Source of the DNA: a virus
Lineage: Duplodnaviria > Caudoviricetes
IMG/VR virus record: IMGVR_UViG_3300013121_000047
Coordinates: 64,001 to 128,000 of that record
Direction: 5' to 3' (one strand)
DNA length: 64,000 bases
Numbering within the stretch: position 1 is the stretch's first letter; every line of letters starts with the position of its first letter. This document shows positions 50,288-58,262 of this stretch, one piece after another. A program made the position numbers and the translations under genes. The notes beneath the pieces are model-generated. The model made no database searches and had not been told where the DNA came from. It worked only from the letters and a program-made list of their open reading frames with translations.

Positions 50288-51262
50288 TTAAGTATTAACT
50301 TGTTTGTTTACCCAATTATAAAGTTTTTCCATTCCAACTCTCAAAGGCTGAGAAGGAGCCCAATTTAAAGTTTCTTTGATTAATTTATTGTCTGAATTTC
50401 TTCCCATAACTCCAATTGGCCCTGGAATATGTTTTATATCAAGTTTTTTTCCAGAAATGTCAATTACCATTTTCGCAAGATCATTTATTGAGATCATTTC
50501 GTCTGAACCAACATTTATTGGTTTTCTATAACCACTTTCTATTAAACGCAGTGTTCCTTCGAGACATTCATCAATATAAAGAAATGACCTCGTTTGAGTC
50601 CCATCCCCAAATATTTCAATGTGTGTGCCGTCTTTCGCTTCGGCAACTTTTCTGCACAATGCTGCAGGTGCTTTAGCTCTATTAGAATAATAATCACATT
50701 CTTCAGAAAAAATATTGTGGTAGCGCATAATACTAATTTCTAATCCTTTGTTTCTCATATATGAATCATATAAAATTTCTGCAAATAATTTTTCCCAGCC
50801 GTATACGCTATCAGAAGCCGCTGGATACGCTGAAGATTCTTCACAGTTAGGATTATTTGGATCTGTTTGGTTATGTTTAGGATATACACAGGCTGAACTA
50901 CTAAACGCAATTTTCTTCACTCCTTTTTTGGCCGCTATGTTTGCTACATTTAAATTAATCAAAGCAGAATTATGAATAATTTCTGCGTCATTTTCGCCTG
51001 TGAAAACATATAGCGCCCCGCCAATTTCAGCGGCTAGTTGAATTATAACATCAATATCTTCTGTTATTACCTGTTCGCAAACTTTTTCATCTCTTAAATC
51101 GCCGATAATAAATTCATCGGCATTAGTATTGCTAAATTCTGGATGTACTAGATCGACTCCGCGAACCCAATTTCCCTCTTTTTTTAAACGATTAGTCATT
51201 TGATGACCAATCATACCCCCAGCCCCAAGTACTAAGTAACGTTTTTGTTTTTGTGCATTCAT
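50288..51262 (-). CDS. GDP-mannose 3,5-epimerase-like SDR
   Basis: GAGGMIG, QLAAEIGG, SSACVYP, YGWEK, RYHNIF, KAPAALCRKVA. Confidence 0.85.
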   Translation of the reverse strand: MNAQKQKRYLVLGAGGMIGHQMTNRLKKEGNWVRGVDLVHPEFSNTNADEFIIGDLRDEKVCEQVITEDIDVIIQLAAEIGGALYVFTGENDAEIIHNSALINLNVANIAAKKGVKKIAFSSSACVYPKHNQTDPNNPNCEESSAYPAASDSVYGWEKLFAEILYDSYMRNKGLEISIMRYHNIFSEECDYYSNRAKAPAALCRKVAEAKDGTHIEIFGDGTQTRSFLYIDECLEGTLRLIESGYRKPINVGSDEMISINDLAKMVIDISGKKLDIKHIPGPIGVMGRNSDNKLIKETLNWAPSQPLRVGMEKLYNWVNKQVNT

Positions 51263-52260
51263 TTTATCTTACTTTCTAAGTTTAATTGCTTCTGTTGTGC
51301 TTTGTAATCATTTTCCAAAATATAAACAACATTGTAACCTAATGTTTTTAAAACGTTAATTTTGTTAAATGTTTTTTCATTAAGTTCTTTAAAAGTTGTT
51401 TTTGTTCTTGGGTTTATTTTTTCAGAAGAAAATTTTTCTAGATTTCCATGCCAAAAATCCCCAAGGAATTCATAAACCGTGTTTGTCTCAGGATCAAATC
51501 CGTCAACATTAAACCATTGTTTTCTTATTCCATTTTTCACAATTTCATTTGTTTTAATAACAAATTGTCTATATTTTTTTAAAATGTTAAATTGATTTAA
51601 CCAAGCTGTTTCGAGTTTTGAAACTTTAGTAGTTTCTCCACAGGTAGGGCAACCAAATCTAAAATGATCTTTTGCAATTTGCATAAAAGTTGTTTCACAA
51701 ACATTGCATTTGATTTGAAGTTTTTTCTTACTGGAAAAGTAAATAGTATTTTCGTAACTAAATTCATTGTTTGGATATTTTTGTTTTGCTTTTATGATGA
51801 AATCTTCGGTAGTTTTGCGTTCGTTTCTGAAACAGAAAGTGCACTTAGTGCCACGTTTATGACTATCTGGGGTTTGCTTAAATACATTCCCACATTTTTT
51901 ATGTAAAATAGAGACTTTTGTTTTACTTGATTTGTATTCTACTAACGAATAGTCGTATTCCTCTCCATGAGTGAGTTTGGCACTTGCTATAAATTCATCT
52001 TTTGTTAATTTTTTGTTTCCTCGTTTTACACACAGTGAGCAACTCTTTGACTTGTTAGTTAAGTGTCTTTCGGGTGTATTTGAGAATTCCTTTTGGTGTT
52101 TAATGCATTTAATTTTTAATTTTGTTTTATAATTCACATATACGCTTTCACTATAATCATACAAATCGCCATGGATTTTTTTGGCTTTTTCCACGAATTC
52201 TTCTTTGGTAAGTCTTGAACCTCTTAACGAAGCTGTTGGGTTCTCGGTATCTTTGTTCAT
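51259..52260 (-). CDS. Free-standing homing-type endonuclease: three zinc-binding repeats plus Vsr/PD-(D/E)xK-like domain
   Basis: 3x T.EEF...A...(HG)..YDYS...Y...K.K..I with CxxC; C-terminal VDGFD...VYEFLGDFWHG. Confidence 0.8.
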   Translation of the reverse strand: MNKDTENPTASLRGSRLTKEEFVEKAKKIHGDLYDYSESVYVNYKTKLKIKCIKHQKEFSNTPERHLTNKSKSCSLCVKRGNKKLTKDEFIASAKLTHGEEYDYSLVEYKSSKTKVSILHKKCGNVFKQTPDSHKRGTKCTFCFRNERKTTEDFIIKAKQKYPNNEFSYENTIYFSSKKKLQIKCNVCETTFMQIAKDHFRFGCPTCGETTKVSKLETAWLNQFNILKKYRQFVIKTNEIVKNGIRKQWFNVDGFDPETNTVYEFLGDFWHGNLEKFSSEKINPRTKTTFKELNEKTFNKINVLKTLGYNVVYILENDYKAQQKQLNLESKIK

Positions 52261-52370
52261 TTCTCTTAAGGGGATATTTTTCTTCTATTGCCGAGCGTTT
52301 GTTCATCCTGTTTTTTAATAAATTCGCTATCCCCGTTGCCAATATAATAACTTGAACTTATTAAGTTAAC

Positions 52371-52793
52371 ATGTCCTCTCATCTTTATCAAACATTATCT
52401 GCAAAAAACATTAACCCAAATATAATAAAACTTTTATACCTAAAACTAGAAAAAAATCTAAAAAATTTATCAGCAGTATGGATTGCTTTAGATATTGTAG
52501 AGATAGAATCTTATTCATCTTTTATAGATTTTAAACTAAATTTTCTTTCCGAAACAGAAATTCAATCTATTACGACTTCTTTATATTTCAATGAGTCTTA
52601 TGAAAAATTTAGTTCTAGAAACTATATGTCTTCTGCGGATGATTGGTCTTCATTTTTTTTGGAATTAGATGATTTTATCTTTGCGCCTTATATTCCATTA
52701 ATTTTTACCAATGTATTTTTTCCAGAAAAATCAGTTAAAGAACAAATTACTCTCTCAGAGTTGTTTGGAACACTGAAATTATTCCTTAAATGA
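52371..52793 (+). CDS. Hypothetical protein
   Basis: 140 aa ORF with ATG start. Confidence 0.5.
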   Translation: MSSHLYQTLSAKNINPNIIKLLYLKLEKNLKNLSAVWIALDIVEIESYSSFIDFKLNFLSETEIQSITTSLYFNESYEKFSSRNYMSSADDWSSFFLELDDFIFAPYIPLIFTNVFFPEKSVKEQITLSELFGTLKLFLK

Positions 52794-54168
52794 GCAGAAG
52801 TCCCCTGACCTCGCTTGGCAGTCAGGGGATGAATGCGATTAAAATAAATTCTTTCTCGTTTCTTTTTTTGGTAACATTTTTCCATTTCTTTCTTATTCTT
52901 TCTACTATTCTAAATGAGTTTGTCTTCTTATAGGTTTAAACTCTATCCAACAAAAAAACAAGAATCCTTGCTTTTTTCTCAAATCTTTGTTTGTAAAAAC
53001 CTATACAACAAATTCCTTGAATTGAACAAAGAAAACTATAATAAAACCAAGAAATTTTATTCTTGTTTTGATCTTAATAAATTAATCAAATCCCTTGATT
53101 CTTCTACCTTAAACCTCAAAATCGTCAACTCCCAAGTTCTCCAAAATGTTTCAAAAAGAGTTTCTAAAAACATTTTTTCTTTCTTAAAAAGAAAGAAAAC
53201 CGATAAATCCGTGGGATTCCCAAGATTCAAATCCATAAAGAAATCACATGGTTCCTTCACTTTTCCTTCTCTTTCTGGTTGGAAACTTGATCCCAAAACT
53301 AAAACTTTAAATCTTAATAAGATTGGTTGCGCGGTGAACGTTAAGCTCCACCGCGAAATAATTGGAAAAATAAAAACCTGTTCCATAAATGTAAACTCCC
53401 TCGGAGAATGGTATGTTTCCTTTTCTGTAGATTCTCCAAACCAAAATCAACCTCTTGATTTGAATAAAGTCAAGAAAAAAGATTTAATTGGAATTGATTT
53501 AGGAGTTTCCAAATTTGCGGTTCTCTCGGATGATTCTGAAATTCAAAATCCAAGATTTTTAAGAGAAATTGAAAAGAAGAAAAACAAGATTTCTTCACAA
53601 CTTTCTAAAGCAAGAAATAAAAAAGATAATAAAACCTTCAAAAAGAAAATAAAAGTTCTTCGGAAGATAAATAAAAAGCTTCATAATCGAACAGAGAATT
53701 TTCTTCACCAAACTTCGTTTTGTTTAATAAACAAAACAGAATACAAAGTATTTGGCGTGGAAAAATTGAATGTTAAAAATATGTTAGGGAAAGCACCGAA
53801 GGTGCTTTCAAAAAATATTCAAGCAGTTTCCATGTCAAAGTTTTTGACAATGATGAAATACAAAGCCGAAAAAGCTGGTAAAGTAGTCATATTTGTTTCT
53901 CCAAATGGAACCTCCCAACAGTGTTCAAAGTGCTTAAAGAATCCAACAAAGAGAAAAGATTTAAGCATTCGGGTTCATGAATGTGAGTTTTGCGGGACAA
54001 AACTTGACAGGGATTTGAATGCAAGTTATAACATAAAAAGATTAACCCAAGAAAAACTAAATAATTTCTTGAAAAATAAAGACTCTAGGGCAATAGAGTT
54101 TTTCGAGGATTCAAAAGATTCTCGGATAGAAGCCCCCACCTTGCTTTCACAGGTGGGGGAGTTGTCAC
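52794..54168 (+). mobile_element. IS200/IS605-family tnpB-only (IS1341-like) element with both ends
   Basis: Left hairpin CCCCTGAC-N11-GTCAGGGG+ATGAATG at about 52802-52835; right hairpin CCCCCACCT-N9-AGGTGGGGG at 54133-54159, ending GTTGTCAC at 54168; left boundary approximate. Confidence 0.85.
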
Positions 54169-54179
54169 TCACAAAGTAG
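52914..54179 (+). CDS. tnpB: RNA-guided endonuclease TnpB
   Basis: SYRFKLYPT HTH, GFPRFK, IGIDLG / VEKL / DRDLNASYNI, CSKC...CEFC. Confidence 0.95.
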   Translation: MSLSSYRFKLYPTKKQESLLFSQIFVCKNLYNKFLELNKENYNKTKKFYSCFDLNKLIKSLDSSTLNLKIVNSQVLQNVSKRVSKNIFSFLKRKKTDKSVGFPRFKSIKKSHGSFTFPSLSGWKLDPKTKTLNLNKIGCAVNVKLHREIIGKIKTCSINVNSLGEWYVSFSVDSPNQNQPLDLNKVKKKDLIGIDLGVSKFAVLSDDSEIQNPRFLREIEKKKNKISSQLSKARNKKDNKTFKKKIKVLRKINKKLHNRTENFLHQTSFCLINKTEYKVFGVEKLNVKNMLGKAPKVLSKNIQAVSMSKFLTMMKYKAEKAGKVVIFVSPNGTSQQCSKCLKNPTKRKDLSIRVHECEFCGTKLDRDLNASYNIKRLTQEKLNNFLKNKDSRAIEFFEDSKDSRIEAPTLLSQVGELSLTK

Positions 54180-54597
54180 TACTCACTATCACTTTTGGAG
54201 GCTCAAGAAGTTTTAATCCGCAAGTTTTATGAAACTTATCAAAGTTTTCCGAATTTAAAAGAAAAAATTCTTGTTTGTTTTCTATCTTATATGTTTGTTC
54301 TTTTTTAAGTGGTGAAACCTTTTCTTTGCTTATGAACTGAAAAACTACTAATGGTTTTGAAGATATTATCCCAAAATAAGACATTAGTTTTCTTGGTGAG
54401 AAAACTCCGATTAAATCTATTTCAAGAGTATTATCAATTAATACTGGGCAGTATTGTATCCATCCTTTGACGATAAAATCAAACATAAATAAATTTATAA
54501 CGAATGCCCCACTTTTTCTTTTCTCTATTTCAGATCTACATTTCTCAGAAAGAGAATCAAAATTATTTTGAGCTTTTATTGTTTCTTTCTTTTTCAT
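54169..54597 (-). CDS. Hypothetical protein
   Basis: 142 aa ORF whose stop abuts the IS right end. Confidence 0.55.
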   Translation of the reverse strand: MKKKETIKAQNNFDSLSEKCRSEIEKRKSGAFVINLFMFDFIVKGWIQYCPVLIDNTLEIDLIGVFSPRKLMSYFGIISSKPLVVFQFISKEKVSPLKKEQTYKIENKQEFFLLNSENFDKFHKTCGLKLLEPPKVIVSTTL

Positions 54598-54617
54598 AAC
54601 AAACCTTTTGAAGACTT

Positions 54618-55127
54618 TTAACGTAATTCATATATTAATCCATATTTTGAACCTGAATCATGAATTTTTTCAAATCCAAATTTAACAAGAAGTTTTTCCA
54701 TAATTGGATTTACGACTTGCGCTCTTATTGTAATGCCGTGTCTTTTATATTGTTTTACAATGCTTTGAATTAATTTAGATGCTATTCCTGCCCCTCTAAA
54801 AAGTTCATCTGTAACAATACTAAAGGTAATAATACCTTGTATTCCTTCGTCATATTCTTCATCGTTTGGAATATCACGAGAAATAACAGATCCTCCTAAT
54901 ACTGTACCGTCATCCGAAATAGCAACTTCAAAAGGTTTTTCATTAGACATTATACGAATTTTTGCAATATTAAACAGACCAGCTAATTGCTCAAAAACTT
55001 CAGAAGAATCAATAATTTCGTTGTCCCCAAAAGTTATCTCGTAGCTATCTTCATCCGAATTTTCAATATTGATTATATCAAATTTTAAACTGCCGTTGGT
55101 TTCGAATATCAATTTTTTAAGTAACAT
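54618..55127 (-). CDS. GNAT acetyltransferase with IFE leader (169 aa)
   Basis: FRGAGIASKLI motif A, N...LLVKFGF; true start MLLKKLIFET at 55127 because the longer ORF overlaps map. Confidence 0.8.
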   Translation of the reverse strand: MLLKKLIFETNGSLKFDIINIENSDEDSYEITFGDNEIIDSSEVFEQLAGLFNIAKIRIMSNEKPFEVAISDDGTVLGGSVISRDIPNDEEYDEGIQGIITFSIVTDELFRGAGIASKLIQSIVKQYKRHGITIRAQVVNPIMEKLLVKFGFEKIHDSGSKYGLIYELR

Positions 55128-55143
55128 AGCTATAATAGATAGA

Positions 55144-55965
55144 ATGATAGAAATTAAATCACAACAAGAGATAGAGAAAATGAGAGCAGCGGGAAAACTT
55201 GCGGCAGAAACTTTGCTTGCTGTTGGAGAATTTATAAAACCAGGAATAACAGGTTTGGATATCGATAGATTTGTCAAAGAATTTACTGAAAAAAACGGAG
55301 GAACTTGTGCGCCGTATATGTATAAAAATTCTTACTCAGAAAAACATCCATTTCCAGGGCATGTTTGTATATCTCCAAACAATGTTGTTTGCCATGGTAT
55401 TCCAAATAACAAACCTTTAGATAATACAATTTTTAACGTTGACGTTACTTGTATTTTAGATGGTGCTCATGGGGATACAAGTGCAATGTTCTTTTTAGGG
55501 AAAGTTTCTGATGAAGATATGCTTTTAATGAAAACCGCGCAAGATGCACTTATGATGGGAATTATGATAATATCTAATGGAACAAGAGTTGGCGACATTG
55601 GGGAAATAATTCAAACCTATTCAGAACAACGGGGATACTCTATTGTTAAAGAGTTTGGTGGTCATGGAATTGGAATTGGTCCAAATGGATTTCACATGAA
55701 ACCAGATATTCTGCACTATGGAAAAAAAGGATTAGGCCAAAGACTTTTATCTGGTTTGACCCATACAGTTGAACCAATGCTAAATGCAGGGGAGCCAGGA
55801 ATATTCTTAGACAAAAATGATTTGTGGACAGTTTACACAAAAGATGGTAAAAATAGTGCGCAATGGGAACACACTATATTAGTGACCGACTTCGGTTCTG
55901 AAATATTAACATATCGAGAAGCGCCATTAAAAAACTCAATTGAAATGTTAGTCGAATTTAATTAA
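55144..55965 (+). CDS. map: Methionine aminopeptidase type I
   Basis: IEKMRAAG, NNVVCHGIP, DV...HGDTS, GHGIG, TVEPM, SAQWEHTILVT; start ATG 55144. Confidence 0.95.
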   Translation: MIEIKSQQEIEKMRAAGKLAAETLLAVGEFIKPGITGLDIDRFVKEFTEKNGGTCAPYMYKNSYSEKHPFPGHVCISPNNVVCHGIPNNKPLDNTIFNVDVTCILDGAHGDTSAMFFLGKVSDEDMLLMKTAQDALMMGIMIISNGTRVGDIGEIIQTYSEQRGYSIVKEFGGHGIGIGPNGFHMKPDILHYGKKGLGQRLLSGLTHTVEPMLNAGEPGIFLDKNDLWTVYTKDGKNSAQWEHTILVTDFGSEILTYREAPLKNSIEMLVEFN

Positions 55966-56934
55966 CAAACTTTGAATTTCTTGAATTGCACTATCATATG
56001 TAAATTTAAAGTTTTCAGCTGCCGATTTTCGTTCTTCTATGGATCTATTAGGAATAGATTCTACTTCTTTAATAAAAGATTCAACCGAGTTATACTTGAT
56101 TAATTCAGGTATTTTTTCTAATGATTTTACTGTTTCGTACAATGGCAAAGGCTCAAATAGAATAATTTTTGCACCTGAAGCTGATGCTTCGCCAAGCCTT
56201 ACTGGATATTCTAATATCACAGGATTTACCTGTTCGTGCAGAACGTATTCTGATTCTCTATAAAAAGATAAACAGTCATTTGGATGAATTGGACCTCCGT
56301 GTTCAACATAATGGAATTTTATTTTATCTCGCATTTTTTGATTTAAGAAATCAAATGCTTTCATTATTTGTGGCCGATTATAACCTGTTCCAAAATAAGA
56401 AAACTTATATTTTGATTCTTTAATCAAACTTGGATCTACGAGTTCTGACTTAGAACAAGGCATATATGAAAAAAACAAATTATCTAAAACTTTATAAGTT
56501 GTTTCATTAACTTTTTCTTTTGTTGATATTAATTCTGAAATTAAATCTAAATCTTGACCTTCATGGTCAATCATTTGGTAGTTCGTAGTAGAAAATAACT
56601 CAATATATTTTTCATTGAGTATTGTATCAAACATAAATGATTTTGGTGTAAAAATCATTTTTAAATGAGTATTGCTTTTAGCAAAATTTAAAACATCTAA
56701 AATTTTAGTATTTGCCCACAATATAAAATTTTGAACATTTTCAAACACTCCATCTAAATATTCTGTCTCTGCGAACAACAAATCTATATTAGAGTGTTTA
56801 TTCAATATAGATTTATTTAAATATGTATAATGAAATACTTCATAGTTTAATTTTTTAAATCCATTTATAAAGCCTTCAATTTTTTTGTAGTTGTAATTGT
56901 TTTTATCAATTCCTATAACAACAACAGTTTTCAT
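55948..56934 (-). CDS. Putative glycosyltransferase (GT-B C-terminal-like)
   Basis: FSYFGT...R and RLGEASASGA motif; sugar-gene context. Confidence 0.55.
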   Translation of the reverse strand: MKTVVVIGIDKNNYNYKKIEGFINGFKKLNYEVFHYTYLNKSILNKHSNIDLLFAETEYLDGVFENVQNFILWANTKILDVLNFAKSNTHLKMIFTPKSFMFDTILNEKYIELFSTTNYQMIDHEGQDLDLISELISTKEKVNETTYKVLDNLFFSYMPCSKSELVDPSLIKESKYKFSYFGTGYNRPQIMKAFDFLNQKMRDKIKFHYVEHGGPIHPNDCLSFYRESEYVLHEQVNPVILEYPVRLGEASASGAKIILFEPLPLYETVKSLEKIPELIKYNSVESFIKEVESIPNRSIEERKSAAENFKFTYDSAIQEIQSLLIKFD

Positions 56935-56935
56935 T

Positions 56936-57928
56936 TTATTTTCCTTCTTTAACCAGTTTTAAGTCTGCGTCATACATAATTTTTGCGAGTTCTTTAAATT
57001 TAATTTTAGGTTCCCATCCTAATTTTTCTTTTGCTTTTGTAAAATCACCACATAAAGCAGGAACTTCATGGGCGCGAAAAAGACGAGGATTTATAACCAA
57101 ATGTTTCTGTAAATCCAAACCAGCATATTCAAACACTAGTTCAGCAAACTCTTTTACGCTGTGAGATTCTCCAGTTGCTATAACGTAGTCATCTGGAGTT
57201 TCTTGTTGTAACATTTTGTGCATAGCAACAACATATTCTTTTGCGTATCCCCAGTCCCTTTTAGCGTTAAGATTTCCAAGCTCAAGTTTAGTTTGAAGCC
57301 CACATTTTATTTTAGCTGCCGCTAACGTTATTTTTCTGGTAACGAAGGTTTCACCTCGGCGCGGTGATTCGTGATTTTCTAAAATTCCACAAGAAATATG
57401 CATTCCATATGCTGTTCTATAATTTCTTGCAAGATTGTGTGCGAATACTTTTGCACACGCATATGGAGAAGCTGGCATAAGTTTGGTATTTTCATTTTGT
57501 GGAAATTCTGGGTTGTCTCCAAACATTTCGCTGGAGGATGCTTGATAAATTCTTGCGTTTGGAGCAATCTCTTTTGCTGCATTTAAGACGCGCAAAAAAC
57601 CCATTCCAACAACATCGAGCGTTTCTTCTGAAACATCAAAAGAAGTTTTCACATGGGACTGCGCTGCTAAATTGTAAATTTCATCAGGTTTATATTTTGC
57701 GAGAAGTCGATAAATTGAAGAAGCATCACTCATGTTTCCATATTCTAGTATAAAATTTGGATTCGTATATATGTGGTCTATTCGAGAAGTTGAAATTATA
57801 CTCGTTCTGCGTTTCATTCCAACAACTTTGTAACCTTTCTCAAGTAGAAATTCTGCTAAATAACTTCCTGCCTGTCCTGTCACACCTGTGATGAAAGCAC
57901 AAGGTTGTTTTGTTTTTTGGTTGTCCAT
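56936..57928 (-). CDS. gmd: GDP-mannose 4,6-dehydratase
   Basis: ITGVTGQAGSYLAE, NLAAQSHV, QASSSE, SPYACAK, NHESPRRGETFVTRKIT, RDWG. Confidence 0.95.
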   Translation of the reverse strand: MDNQKTKQPCAFITGVTGQAGSYLAEFLLEKGYKVVGMKRRTSIISTSRIDHIYTNPNFILEYGNMSDASSIYRLLAKYKPDEIYNLAAQSHVKTSFDVSEETLDVVGMGFLRVLNAAKEIAPNARIYQASSSEMFGDNPEFPQNENTKLMPASPYACAKVFAHNLARNYRTAYGMHISCGILENHESPRRGETFVTRKITLAAAKIKCGLQTKLELGNLNAKRDWGYAKEYVVAMHKMLQQETPDDYVIATGESHSVKEFAELVFEYAGLDLQKHLVINPRLFRAHEVPALCGDFTKAKEKLGWEPKIKFKELAKIMYDADLKLVKEGK

Positions 57929-58017
57929 TTTTTTACAATTCGTTTGAATTATATGAAAAATTTTATTGAATGTCACCCCTTCTTTTTGTAGAAAAACCTT
58001 AAAACATCTAACTTAAT

Positions 58018-58245
58018 CTAAATTCTTTTCTTCCTTTTAATAGATCTTTTTGGCGCAGTGCAGTATATTCCGCCATATGGTGCCATAGAATTTTCTTTGC
58101 CTGACTGGCAACATGCCTCAAAATGCAAAATTCCTCCTGTGCTATGGCATTCACAGTCACAAGATTGCACGCCGTCAAACCTTATCGAATTACAAGTTTC
58201 TTTATACGAATGTGGTTGTTCTTCTGAACAATCTATTATTATCAT
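58018..58245 (-). CDS. Small Cys/His-rich protein
   Basis: 75 aa with CDCECH and CC; fills the gap on the operon strand. Confidence 0.5.
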   Translation of the reverse strand: MIIIDCSEEQPHSYKETCNSIRFDGVQSCDCECHSTGGILHFEACCQSGKENSMAPYGGIYCTAPKRSIKRKKRI

Positions 58246-58262
58246 TTTTAACTTTTCCTTTT

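Noticed and set aside
52157-52342. 61-aa ORF upstream of the endonuclease
   Set aside because: TTG start, overlaps the endonuclease by about 100 nt out of frame, no recognisable motif; may be a remnant but unsupported
46459-54179. Cas12f/type V CRISPR effectors
   Set aside because: Both nucleases are flanked by IS200/IS605 end hairpins, with no array or cas1/cas2 in the window
55128-55277. N-terminal extensions of GNAT (to 55277) and map (from 55069)
   Set aside because: They overlap each other on opposite strands; internal ATGs at 55127 and 55144 give family-typical starts
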